In this document: positions 37,929 through 50,775 of the stretch, one piece after another | Position numbering within the stretch: the first letter of the stretch is position 1 | How the letters are laid out: every line of letters begins with the position of its first letter | Assembly: GCF_026210795.1 (NCBI RefSeq) | Contig: NC_089433.1 | Span: 868,001-932,000, forward strand | Source: Rhizophagus irregularis | Taxonomy: Eukaryota | Direction of reading: 5' to 3' | DNA: 64,000 nucleotides | Translations under genes and position numbers: made by a program | The notes under the pieces: model-generated | What the model saw: the letters and a program-made list of their open reading frames with translations, nothing else | What the model was told of the DNA's origin: nothing | Database searches by the model: none

Positions 37929-39452
37929 ATGAAGAAAATTATTCTCGCTTTTGGCTCAACAGGCCTTGGCAAGACAACAATGGCTCATTTGCTTTGTGAA
38001 GCAAATGTTAAGGGTTCAAGTGGTATTGAATCTGCAACTAAAATAGCAGTATATTATGAAACAGATAAATATTTATATATTGATACTTGTGGATTTGGTG
38101 ATTCATCTGGTAAAACAGATGAAGAATTATTTCATGATATGATGTGTTTATTTCAAAGATATGGACAAAATAATATCTTTAATATCAATACAATATTATG
38201 GTTTTGTTCTGAGAGTGAAAGAGAGACAAGTCACTTACAACGTGAGGCTAATTTTATTCAACGTCTTGTCGAATATACTGATGAATGTAACCCAATAGAT
38301 TTATGGAAAAGTGTCTTGATTATAACAAAGGGCAATTTAAATTTGCGCAAATTAGTTGATGGACCAAAATCTGCTGCAAGGAATGCTTGTTGGGCTTTTT
38401 CTAATAAACAACATTACGAATTTAATGAAGATTCTTTCTTCGTTAAACACTTTCCATGTTGGATCTATGACACTGAAGGTATCACAGAAGAAAATGCACG
38501 TTGGGTTAAAATGGATTCTAAAACTCGTTTCGAATTTAATTGTTATCGTCAGGATGAAATAAAATCAAAAGTTCAACATTTGATTTCAAATTTTAGTCCA
38601 ATAACAATACGCTTTAAACAAGGAATATGTAAAAAATGCAATGTAATTGGGGATCCAAGGCTTTTCATCACACAATGTCATACCAAATCATTTTTTAAAC
38701 ATTCTATAAAAATCGAATATTTTCATCCTGAAGAAATTGTTCATTTTCATTCGGGAAGTAAGTTTCTTGTTCATGAACCTGATGAAAACTCAATAAAAAA
38801 GCTTTTTGAAAGTATATTCGATGGCGATCAAATTGAGATTCCTGTGTCTCAAGTTTCAAGTGAAATAGCAGAAAAAATTATTGAATCGTGCAAATTATTT
38901 AATAATCAAACAAATGCAGCACCAGAGTTACAACCAGAATTACAACCATCATTTATGTCACAAATAATTTCACACGCACCTCAAGCAGCATCAAATTTAT
39001 TACAAACAGTAGCGCCATTAGTGACGACATTGGCCGTTCCCAGAATGGCACCTAGTACTGTAACTTCTACTTATCTTCTTTCAGGTCCTTCAGTAGCCTT
39101 CCTTGTCATTTGCTCCGAAAGAAATAAGTGTTGTTATGAGGCAAAAAATATCTCATGTAAAAGGTGTAAAAAATTGATTGAAGAAATAAATGAAATAGGC
39201 TGTATTGAAAAATGTGATAATTGTAAAAAAGAATGGATAGAAACTGGTTGTGCAACTGGATATGGATGTTGTAAACAAGAAGAGGGAAAGCTCGGATGTC
39301 AAGCACATGAAAGATGCACAATATGTGATGAAGCTGCGATCGAATTAAATTCCCAAGGATGTACGGAATTTTGCGTGAAGTGCAAAGAAATGTGGAATAT
39401 TACACCAGGCTGTGATTCCGCTTCCAAACACGATGTGTTGATAATGGATTGA
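37929..39452 (+). CDS. P-loop GTPase (AIG1/GIMAP- or MMR_HSR1-like) with Cys-rich C-terminal region
   Basis: 507-aa single-exon ORF. G1 GSTGLGKT, G2 SAT, G3 DTCG; many CxxC motifs in the last ~120 aa. Confidence 0.85.
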   Translation: MKKIILAFGSTGLGKTTMAHLLCEANVKGSSGIESATKIAVYYETDKYLYIDTCGFGDSSGKTDEELFHDMMCLFQRYGQNNIFNINTILWFCSESERETSHLQREANFIQRLVEYTDECNPIDLWKSVLIITKGNLNLRKLVDGPKSAARNACWAFSNKQHYEFNEDSFFVKHFPCWIYDTEGITEENARWVKMDSKTRFEFNCYRQDEIKSKVQHLISNFSPITIRFKQGICKKCNVIGDPRLFITQCHTKSFFKHSIKIEYFHPEEIVHFHSGSKFLVHEPDENSIKKLFESIFDGDQIEIPVSQVSSEIAEKIIESCKLFNNQTNAAPELQPELQPSFMSQIISHAPQAASNLLQTVAPLVTTLAVPRMAPSTVTSTYLLSGPSVAFLVICSERNKCCYEAKNISCKRCKKLIEEINEIGCIEKCDNCKKEWIETGCATGYGCCKQEEGKLGCQAHERCTICDEAAIELNSQGCTEFCVKCKEMWNITPGCDSASKHDVLIMD

Positions 39453-40477
39453 ATTTCATCTATTTTTTATGTTTTTTGAACATACGTACAAATGTACGAT
39501 AATTTAAAAGTTTATTACAAGATATACTTGTTTATATTACTTTTATTATAATATTTTTATACATTTAAAAATAAAGTTATAATTAACTCTTTTGTTTGTA
39601 ATTCATTTTATCATTTATTATCATCACCCGTAGACGAAACTAATAATTTTTGCCAATTTAGCGTCATGTGAAATTTGATATAATAATTACAACATTTATA
39701 TCATAATAAAACGAATTTACAAGGCAACTTTCAAAATATAATTTGTTCTTTTCAATATTATTAACAGAAATCTAATCACGATCATTAATGTTGATTAAAT
39801 ACTAAATATATTTAAGGTAGACAAAATAAAGCTTTCCTTTAAGTAAGTCCACTTTTGATTCCAAGTGATATATGGAGAATACAAAGTTTTTAAGAGTCGA
39901 TCAACTATTTAAATTTATATTTAAAGTTTGTGAGGCGCATTTTTTATCTTTTCTTTATTTTCTATGTATGTTATTTGTATTCAAAATGTCTCGAGGCATT
40001 TAAGCTTTAGCAATTATAATCTTCACGCTAACTATCTTTATATTCATTGCGACAGGATTTCTTGCTGTTGTGCGATACTAATGTAGCGCCAATAATATAT
40101 TTTCTTTTATGAAATATGAGTAAAACTTATATGTAATTCTAATTATTAGACGAATAATTGTTTCTTTGAAATATCACTTCAAATATTAAAATATTTCTAT
40201 GAAATAATTCAATCTATGATCTATTGTATTAAAGACATATTATTTCTGTGTATAAACTAAATTTCTAACAATATTTGGCAATGAGGAACGTACAAAGACT
40301 TAGACCCGACGTGGAACATTGCTATATTTTAGAATTAAAGGAATTTGCATGAAAAATATTGTTATACTAGTTGTTGAGATAAACCATCTTTAAAAAATTG
40401 CACTGCGCGTTGAATTTTACTAATTTATATTAATGTAAATTTTCTTTCGCGAATTCTTCTTTCGCGAATTAATTATA

Positions 40478-40728
40478 ATGGCTGATGATAAACTTTTTTT
40501 ATCTAAATTACCCCAAATTTTACTTGAAGTTTTAAATGATGAAGAATATTATGATATAACTATTGAAGTTGGTAATGACCTTCATGTAAAAATATTTTAT
40601 AATTATTTTATATTATCGTTCTTCATATTTACAAAGAATTTTGTCGACTAACAAAAGAAAAAATGATGGAACTTTGACACATATTAAATTACCAAATATT
40701 TCACCTGAAGTTTTTCAATAATCTTAAG
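40478..40728 (+). pseudogene. BTB exon-1 fragment, a close copy of 24,057-24,316
   Basis: MADDKLFLSKLPQILLEVLNDEEYYDITIEVGND with a deletion removing RAHM (frameshift). Only a scrap of exon 2 remains near 41,440-41,490. Confidence 0.8.
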
Positions 40729-41878
40729 GTAATCTTTATAATCTATATAACTAAAAAAATTTGTCCTGACGTTTGGATTAGTCATTTAGTCTCCGTATAA
40801 AAATCCCATGCCATATAATTAAACCCCGTGACATACCTCCGCCTGAGCTACTTATGGTCAAAAACTATATTCCAATCAACTAATTTAATTCAGTTAATAA
40901 AATTTTAACTTAATCGTTTCGGTTTAGTTTTTTTTTTTTAACTGAAAAATTTTTTTCTCATTCTTTTCTCGTTTTAATAGGTTTAATTTTTTTTCCTAAA
41001 ACTGAAATTATTTTTTTAAAAAAAAAATCTATATAACATAGGAAAATTGACTAACGATGATAGAAAGATGATTAATATTTTTTCAATTAAATTGAACGCT
41101 GGATAAATAGTTTGGTTTTCAAATTCATAAAAATCAAAAAAAAAAATGATATTTTTACAATATTTTATAATTAATTAATTAAGAAATTGTTGATTTAATA
41201 ATAGATTATTATAACCTAAGTTGGTTATAAGTTTAAGATTGACGTAGTATAATTTGATAAGAAATTTTATAATTAATTAATAAAAATTTGTAGTATTTTC
41301 ATAATATTAAATTTTTTTCGAAAATACTTCTAAAAAATTAATCAATTTTTATTGATAATTATTTTTTCACAATTCATTAACTGTTAATTCCGAATTTCAT
41401 TCTACACTCAAACGCTAAATCATTAATATAAATAGCTTTAATTTCTAAACAGCCAGAAAAAATATTTAAATCAACAAATTTCACTTAAAATTATACTTTT
41501 TAAAGTGCATCAAATTAAATTTTTTTCACTAAGTTATTTGGATTGGTGATTTATTAAAAAAAGCATATCAAATCAAATTTAACAAAAAATAATGATCAAA
41601 TGGCATGAAAAAGATAAATATGCATAATATCTGAGAAAACTAGAGATATACTGTAATTTCGGTTCATAATGATAACAACAAAAGCACCATCATTTTACTA
41701 ATATGAATAATAATCATAAACAATTTAAATATTTAATAATTATTAAAAAGACAATTAACCAACACAAAATAAACTAAAACCATGATTATGATTTACAAAT
41801 GGATTTACTTAAAAGGAGATTTATGATCTTAAATCATAATGAATTGTAAACTCGCAACCGTCCAAACAAGAAAATACA

Positions 41879-42779
41879 CTACTTAAATATATATTTAACA
41901 TCAGTTACTCCAATATTGTATAATTTACAATCTTTAATATAAGCTATGCTATCAATATCAGCTAAAATACCGCCAGCATTTTTTATATTGGCAACAACAC
42001 ATTTGTTCATGAATAGTTTTGCTTTACGACCATCAATACAAATAGGCGGAACCGGTCCAAAACATTTGATGAACCAGCAGTTGTCTACAAAAACCTGAGA
42101 GGTTTCCATATATAGTGAGTATCCTCGAGTACATTCAACATAAATATTATATAGTACAAGATTACTATCACTACCTCGGAATACATTGATGTCAGAATTC
42201 TTTATTGTCACTTTACCAATTCCAATGATAACGATGTTTCTGTTATCCATTTCCATCAACACCATAGTTGTATATGTACCAGGCTCAAGTACCAATATTA
42301 CATCTTCAAACTGAAACAGATCAAGTAGTCCTTCGTCAAGTTGGTTATCCTCTCTTTTGATAATCTTCGGGGTTGAAAAAGGCATTTTTTTACATTGTTG
42401 GATAAAAAATTCGTCTTCATGAGAAATTTCGCCCAATGCCAGAGAAATTAAAATATTAGCATATGCACCAAATAGATTACTATTTGTAGCATGCATTTTT
42501 GCAAATTATACTGTAAGCTCCTTTATTGCACATTGCATCTAATCTAATTGATGTATTGAGGTAGCCCAAAACTTGAGGTTGGTTTTCTTTTCGTTCTTTA
42601 GATGAAAGAAGAGAGAATGAAGACTCTGGAAGGACAAAAGAAAGTAGCTTTAAATGCTTTAGGATGTTTTTTCTGGAACTTTTCCAGTTCCTGCATGTAA
42701 ATTTCGAAAGTATTTTCAATATTAACGGACTCCATATATCAAAAATATTTAAAAGAAGTGGGTGGGAATCCCTTAACAA
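41879..42779 (-). pseudogene. Fragment of a right-handed parallel beta-helix-containing protein, frameshifted
   Basis: Two overlapping ORFs (frame change near 42,490). LEPGTY...IVIIGIG.VTI followed by beta-helix-like repeats (VDNCWF, MNKCVV, IKDCKL). Confidence 0.55.
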
Positions 42780-43365
42780 TAAAAACTTGCAATTATCAAT
42801 TTAATTCAAGATCTTCAGCCATACATGTGAAGATCAACGTGTAAATCCAAATTTTTTTCTTTGAATTCGTAAACCTGCTTCAAACCCGACAGCTCGGACA
42901 CGTGATCGATGTGGCGGTTGATCTTTTCTTTATGTAAAATAATTATTAAAAATCTAAGTTAAATGTTACACAAGACAAGATAAGCGGATGCACATCACAG
43001 GTCACGTTAACCTATCCTGATCATGTGGAAAGAGTAGCCTTCACAATGTAAATACCTTTTTAAGATTTTCGCGACAGTATATAAATTTCGATTATATTAA
43101 CTCTTTTCATTTTTATTTTTGTTTTTATTTTTTTCTGTTTTTTTTCATTATGATGCTCGTAGTCTAAATTAAGCAAATAATATTAATAATTATGTCATAG
43201 TTGTTGAATTAGTAAAATTTGCTTAATTTAAACTATAATAAGACCTTAGCATACTCGGTATTTGATATATAAATACATTAAAAACGATAAAATTATGCTT
43301 TTCCAACTATATAAATAAATATCGATTTAGGTATATCAAAGATTTTCATATGGATCCTTGACATA

Positions 43366-43751
43366 TGGGGACGCCCGTAGCAAAAGGGGGGGATAGGCCA
43401 AAAAATTCAAATTTGAGATTTTATTATAATTATATGTCTATTAGTCTAATTATTAAGAAAATATGGTTTTTTATTAATAATATATTAGTAAAAAAGTTTA
43501 ATTTTGAAATTTTCTTATTATTTGCATTTTACTTTTATAGAATTAACAAGCAACATAAACTTATTAAAAGAAAATCAATACTCTTAGTAAATTGCCTGTA
43601 AAATTTAGTTTTAGATAAAAAAAAAAGGTCTGAAAGTCAATTTATTTCACAATTAAGTGATGATCTGCCAAATTTATCATGTGATTTAAATTGCGATTTT
43701 TTTTAAAATTACGGAATTATCCCATTCCCCCTTTTGCTACGGGCGTCCCCA
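43366..43751. mobile_element. MITE with TGGGG termini
   Basis: TIR TGGGGACGCCCGTAGCAAAAGGGG / CCCCTTTTGCTACGGGCGTCCCCA, TA flanks. Confidence 0.85.
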
Positions 43752-44087
43752 TATGGAGTTTGATAAATTTTTTATAATAAACACATGTTTCTTTTATGGT
43801 GTATAAATACGGGTTATATAATAATATTTATTATTTATAGTTAGATAATAGGTCTTTTAATACATGCACATTTACTTCCATTTTATAATTTTAAGTATTG
43901 TTATCAGTTATAAAAGGCGTAAAATTGAATTAATAATACAAAGTTAATTGCATCGATCCCTTTTTTAACAATGAATGACACAAAGCCATTGTTAAAAAGT
44001 CTTTATGTAGTTACTTTAAAATCAGTACAATGTAAGAGTTTTATCTGTATAAAAACATAAAAAAGGAAAAAAAAAGAAAAGTTTAGT

Positions 44088-45969
44088 ATGCAAAAAAATA
44101 TTAAAAATAATTTTAAAGATAATAATGATCATAAGATTCTTGAAAGAGAATCTCTAGAACATAATTTGTTGAATAAAATTCATTATAAAAAAGAATCTTC
44201 AGAAAACATTAAGCTTGATAATTATTACGAAAAAGATATAGCTAATAAAGAATTCGGGGTTTGTTTTAATTGTAATAAACCACAGACTGAAGAAAATTGG
44301 TGTTTAAATTGTAATTCTAAATTTTTTCAAAAAGAATTCAATAATTGGAGAAGTGAAAATATGCATATAGATAAATTTATACAAGAAGCTCAATTAAATG
44401 CAAGAAATAATAACGAAGTTATAGAATGGATTAATTATGATCATTTTATAAATATACAATATATTACTCGAGGAGGATTTAGTATTATTTATGGGGCTGA
44501 TTGGTTAGATGGAAGTATTGATTGTTGGAATTATGAAAAGGAAAATTGGAATAGAATTACTCAAAAAAATGGAATTCGTGTAATACTTAAGAGTTTAAAC
44601 GATTCTTCGAATATTCACGAAGATTTCCTAAATGAGCGAGGTAATTATTTTTTTAATTTTTAATTTTTTAAATGGCATTTTTTTTTTTATTAATATAAAT
44701 ATATATATACCATTTTTAGTTGAAAAATCATTTAAAATTTTTATATTCAGCTATAAATAATTATTCAAATTTTGTGAAAATTTATGGAATAACTAAAGAT
44801 CCAAATACATCAAATTATATAATTGTTTTACAAGAAATGCCAATGGGTAATTTAAGATCTATACTTATGATAAAAAAATGGAATCAAAATGATAAATATT
44901 ATAATATATACGAGATAGCAAGTTCACTTTCCGCTTTGCATAAATGTGATCTAGTTCACGGTGATTTACATAGTGGAAATATACTTTTTAAAGATATATT
45001 TACTGCTTATATAAGCGATTTTGGATTAAGTAAACCTGCGGATCAATCTATTGATTATAATGTGATTTCTGGAGTACTTCCATATATTGCTCCAGAAGTT
45101 TTACGTGGAAAACCGTATACAAAAGCTGCTGATATTTATAGTCTTGGTGTTATTATGTGGGAATTTACATCTGGTGTTCCTGCTTTTAATAATAGACAGG
45201 ATGATTTTAATCTTTCCTTAGATATTTGTAGAGGATTAAGACCAGAAATTATAGAAGGAACAGAACCTGATTATGAAGAATTAATGAAAAGATGTTGGAA
45301 TACTGATCCCAATAAAAGACCAACTGCAGATGAATTAGCAGAAATATTTGACGTGTTATCTACTAAATTTATAATGCTAATGAAGGATGAAGAAAGAAAG
45401 TCAGTACCAGCAGTACCAGCAATACCAGGTAAATAAGATTTTTTTTTCTTATATTAATTAAATTTAATCATTAATCGATTATTACTATTATAGAGAATAA
45501 ATCATATCATCCATTAACTTGCTATACAAGTAGAAAATTTGATTATTCTGTAAAGTTGAATGAAATTTTAAATCAAGAAGAATTAAGTTTTAAATTTACA
45601 ATAAATGAGAAAGATGATTATAAAGAAACAATATTAAGTGAAAGTTTAGGTAAGTATTACTTGTTTTTTTTTATTAATTTTAGGAGTTAGTATTAGTACT
45701 AGGTATAATGTATTATTTAATTAACTAAATAACTATGGTGATAAATAATCATTTGCCGCTATATAGTAAATGAATAGCAGAACCCTTTTATTAATACATT
45801 TTTATATTAATAACTTTTATAGAAAATTGTAAGATTTCTAGTACCATTTTAGGTAATTTACATTTTTTATTTAATGTTTATAATTTTTCATATTTTAAAT
45901 TATTATTTTTTTTTTAATTAATTATTTTTTTTTGTAGATATTAATCAAGAAAAAAGAGAAAAAAGTTAA
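44088..45969 (+). CDS. Tyrosine-kinase-like protein kinase (Glomeromycotina-expanded type), 5 exons; exon 1/2 junction ambiguous
   Basis: N-terminal CxxC...WCxxC, RGGFS, VILKSL, HGDLHSGN, SDFG, YIAPE, DIYSLG, C-terminal HPLTCYTSR. Exons at about 44088-44640, 44720 or 44751-45428, 45494-45649, 45823-45852, 45938-45969. Confidence 0.85.
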
Positions 45970-46267
45970 TTGACTAAACAAATTTATAAGGTGCTAGTGT
46001 CATGTGATCATCATGTGCCACTCCGAAATTGATCGATGTTGCAAATGTTTAACATGATTAACATGTCGGACATAATTAATATGCCGAACATGTCAAACCT
46101 AATTAACATGTTGGTTATGATCAACGTATTGAACATGTTAGTCATATTATACATAGTAGATATGTTAAATTTATAGTAAAGAAAGGGAATAAAAAAAGTT
46201 TTTATTTTAAAGTTATAAAGTGATAATTTTTATCAAGTGAAATCCTTTATTCGTGTTTGGAAGTATA

Positions 46268-46424
46268 TGGGAGGCGGTCAGTAGAAAAGGGGGAAATTTA
46301 AAAATTTTAAGATTTTTGGTTATTAAGCTAATTTTGTTCCCATGACCATGATTGGCAAAGTAAACTAATAAAAAAAATTTTGACCAAAATTTGGATTTCC
46401 CCCTTTTCTACTGACCACCTCCCA
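46268..46424. mobile_element. MITE with TGGGAG termini
   Basis: TIR TGGGAGGCGGTCAGTAGAAAAGGGGGAAAT / ATTTCCCCCTTTTCTACTGACCACCTCCCA, TA flanks. Confidence 0.85.
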
Positions 46425-46611
46425 TATGCCGACGTACAGCGCTATACAACACATCTGATCGGATAATTTTGATATATTGTTTAATACATTGTCTAATTAT
46501 ACACTAATAAACCTTCTGCTACCTAACCACATAAATTGCTCAATAAATTTAAGCGTAAAGAACTGACACAACACTAGTATACTGGTATAGAATATAAAGA
46601 TTTGATATAAT

Positions 46612-49356
46612 CCCTATAAGAAATATGTATATGGAAAGGATACATTTTGTATACATTTTATGTACGTTTCTATAGATTCCATATACAAATATCATAATTT
46701 GTTAGATGGGAAAATTAAAGAAAAATACGGAGATCTTAGTAGGGTTTATTCAATTAATATAAACTATAGTCATCTCGACGAAGTTAATTATATTATTACT
46801 TGGAATAATATTATGATAGAAAAAAGACTTCGACATTTTATTCGGCAATATACAGATATAAGGAATTTTGAACAATTTTTAAATTTAAATCGAAACGCGA
46901 AATATAGGAAGAGTCAAGTAGATTGGCAAGTTACATTTACATATTTAAAAGAAAAAGAAACCGCTTTAGAAACTAGTTTATGGACATCTAAAAGACGTCG
47001 TAAAAAAATGTGACGGTTAATAGAGGAGATCCCTACGATTGAACATTGTAAAAAATCTTTATTTGATTTATTTAAAGATTGGAAATGTCCCCGATGTGAA
47101 AAAAAGAAAGAGACCTTTAATCATGTTTGGAGATGTAAATCTCAAAAAAAGAAAATGATGTCGATTATAAAAAATGCTTATGAATTTTTTTTCAATGAAA
47201 TTTTAAAATTGAATTATGTAATTATAAAAGAAGAATTGTTTCAATTATTTCGAGAGGAAACTTATGGTCTATTGAGAGAGGATGTGAATAATTTGACGTT
47301 TATAGATATTATTAAAGGAATATTTCCATTAGATATTACGAGATTTTTAATCAATAATAAAGTGAAGGCGGATGATAGAATAGCGTTAAGCGTTTTATTT
47401 TTAGATTACGTATACGATGAAACCTTTAAGATTTGGGAGGATAGATGTGAGGTACAAATTAAAAAAGAAAAAGCTTTTCAAATTAGCGAAGCAAAAAAGA
47501 AATCAATGAAGAGTTACGATTCCAAATATAAAAATAGGCTTGATGAGTTGACCACTCCGCTATATGGAAGGGCTGAGGGTTTACTTGCTGGGATTTATTT
47601 TAATAAAAAGCCGTTGGATTTTACAATTTTTGTGAGCCAGATTACGTTTAATTTTTGTTTTTATTTTAAATTTCTATTTGTTTGCCCGATAGGGTGAGTT
47701 TTTTTTTATTATACAGTTCTATATTTTCATTTAATCTGGTTTGTTGGGGGTGATTTAATTTATTATTTCATTCTAGATATTTAGTTTAGTATTATTGTTT
47801 AGATAGTTTTTTTTTATTTACTATAACTGTTATCAAACTAAAGACATAATTGTAATTTCTTTGATCAATTAATAAAGTTCGTTTGTTAACCAGAAAAAAA
47901 AAAAAAAAATAGATTCCGTATACAAATTCCATATATTTAATAAGCAAATTCATTTTTGAACATTTTTTAAAAAAACTAATGTATACGGAAAAAATTAATC
48001 ATGCGGAATGTATACGGCATTTTTAAACTTACAAAATCCATCATAACATAATACGTTTTTTGTTTTTTATATAACCCTTACTTTGATGAGTTTGATCTTC
48101 CGATCTTTCTTTCTGTCTTTCCTTTCCTTTCTCTTTTCTCTTGTCTTATTTTTGTTATTTTTTCTAAAATTTTCTTCTTTCTTCGTCACCTCCCTTTTAA
48201 AAAAAAAATTTTTTTTTTTTCGTACCTCACTTTAAAAAAGCTTTTTTTTCGTCACTCTCCTTTAAAAGAAAATTTTTTTTCGTCACTCCCTTAAAAAAAA
48301 TTTTTTTGATTTTATTCTTTTATTCCCACTCTTCTTTTTTTTTTAAAAAAAATTTTCTTCTTTCTATTTCTATTTCCTCTTTATAAAAATTTTTTATTTT
48401 TCTAACTTTGACGTCCTCCCTTTAAAAAAAAATTTTTTTAACTTTCCTAACTTCGTTACCCTTCTTTTTAAAAAAATATTTTTTTTTGATTTATTCTTTA
48501 TTCCCCTTAGTTTCTTTTTTATTTATATTTATCCCTTTTTTATTTCATAGGCCAGCAGATTTTTTTTTTGTGAGAAGATTCAGTTTTCTTTTTTCTTTTT
48601 TGTAGATCAGTTTGGGAGTCCTTTCCTTTTTGTAGGATGGTTCAGGATTTTTTCTTTTTTCAGGTCAGTTCAAATTTCTTTTTTTTTTGTAAGTTGGGTT
48701 CAGATTCTTTTCTTTTTGTAGGTTGTTTCAGTTTTGTTGCTTCAGAGTCTTCTTTTTTTGTAGGTCAGTTTTGGATTTATTTTGTTGTTTTGGTTTCTTT
48801 TTCATCAGATGCTTCATAATTCTTTTCTTTTATGTAGTTCAGACATTCTGGAGTTTGCTTTCTTTTTTGTAGGAATGCTAACCTTTGGTGACTTGGACGA
48901 TTGCAGATACTATATGGGGTTTTGTTTCCAATTAAGTTAGACGTTCTTATGTTTCTTTCTTTTTGTTTTTTTGGGTTGTTTGAACCTGAACTTATAGATA
49001 ATTTTGGTTGCAATAGGTGGTTTTAATAAGGAGGGATTTTTCATAATGTATTTGTATTTTGTTTATTTTTTATTTTTTATATAATTTAATAAAGTAAAAT
49101 TAGATTTATGAAAATACAATTATAGTAAACTGTAATACAAATATAATTTCAGTGACCAAATCGTATAAATTTCGTGATAAAATCAGTGATCAAATCATGT
49201 AAATTCCATATGAATCCCGTGCAAATTCCGCATCCAAACCATATTTTTAGTGATACGGAATTGTGCATTTTTCCGTATCCTATTATGATACGTTATTTCT
49301 AAGGAAAAAAATCGTATGAAAACTTTATAAAAAACGTATCCAATTTTTTTATAGGG
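46612..49356. mobile_element. Second copy of the CCCTATAA TIR element, carrying a LINE insertion
   Basis: Colinear with 5,188-6,753 once 46,691-47,909 is removed. Flanks AAT/TAT are an imperfect TSD. Confidence 0.85.
46691..47909 (+). mobile_element. 5'-truncated non-LTR retrotransposon (LINE)
   Basis: Poly(A) tail at 47,894-47,909 and 18-bp TSD TAGATTCCRTATACAAAT. ORF remnant contains the CCHC finger CPRCEKKKETFNHVWRC. Confidence 0.9.
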
Positions 49357-50775
49357 TATGGGCGTCATTAGTGCATCCGGTAAGAATTTCGGATTGATTG
49401 AAATTGGTGGAATATCTAATCCTTGTTTTGCGAGTTCATCTGCCAATTCATTGAAATGAATTCCGGAATGTGCTTTCACTTTTTGGAAATTAACTGTAAG
49501 GTTATTTTGTAAAACTATATAATTAATTAAACTCCACGTACGTCAATTTTAAGGAGTCTTCGTTCAGAAGTTAAGCGATTGGATGATCGAAAATAAGTTG
49601 AAATAATATTTTGAGAATCTATGTAGATATTCACAATACTGTCTTTTGAACATATTAAAAGGGCAGTTAATAGGATGATGGGTGGAAGACCGTTCCTCCA
49701 TTATAGATAATTGGTGGTAGCCCTATAAAAAAGGAATGTTCAGAAAACATACATAAAATAAACATAAAATGTACATTATACATAAAATGTCTATAGAATG
49801 TCCATAGAATACATAGGATATATGCAAAGGGGACTCATATACTTTTTTGTACATTTTATATACAGTGAGCCCATTTTGTATATTTTTTATATATTTTATG
49901 GACATTCTATAGACATTTTATGTATATTGTATATTTTACGTATATATTCTAAACATTCCTTTTTTATAGGGTAGGAATTTATCCGATACTTCCGCCCAGC
50001 CAAAACCCATTGTCGTTGTACGGTTAGGTGTTTCTGCATATTTGGCGAGTGATTCATCTGTGTAAAATTAAGTGTTCCGATTTTGTAATTGCATGGCCAA
50101 TTGCGTTAATAAAGATATATTATCTTGATTCTCAAGAAGGCTGTTTTTAATTTGTGTTATCGTGGTTAAGAGTGATGTTGACGAGTTGTTTAACGGGTGA
50201 AATGTGGAGTTATGTTGAGTAGATTCTGATGGAGAATGATTATACGGTGTGTTGGACGCGTGTCTGAAAGCGTTAAATAAAAGCCAGTGTCCGTAGCGTG
50301 ATCAAACTTGAAATCGGAAAAAGTAGAACGTTTCGGTAAATCACTGGGATTTTACGGACTGAAAAAAAAAAATTAAAATCGATTCAACTTAATGAAATAG
50401 ATGTTTACTGAGGTTCTATAATTCTTTGAGTGTATCGAAATTTTGATTAATTGTGTGGTACAGCCATTAATACACATTTTGGTCGCAAATCTCTATAGTA
50501 TCGGACGTGTAATGAACATCCCGGACAAGTGCTTAGTATATCGATGTAAGTTTTCTCGGTGTTAAAGTAGCTAATTCATCTCGGCTTGTTGTTGGAATAA
50601 AGTGTTCTCTATATGTAATCGATAACGCAAATGGGTCGTTTGAGTTTCCATATAATTCTTTATTGTTGACTGAATCCCAAGAAATAATCCATTCGTTAGG
50701 TGTTTTATAATGAACATATTTCTGAAATATTTGTTCTTTATTTTGTTTCAGTTGTAGTCGCATTTTCAACATCAT
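49357..50775 (-). mobile_element. Degraded retroelement RNase H region
   Basis: Minus-strand YTDES...MGFGW, DSQNII and KVKAHSGIHFNELADELAK RNase HI motifs, with stops and indels. Confidence 0.75.
49721..49971. mobile_element. MITE with CCCTATAA termini inserted in the RNase H relic
   Basis: TIR CCCTATAAAAAAGGAATGTT / AACATTCCTTTTTTATAGGG, 3-bp TSD TAG. Confidence 0.88.

Noticed and set aside
46030..46170. AACATG repeat cluster
   Set aside because: Short degenerate repeat without termini or coding signal.
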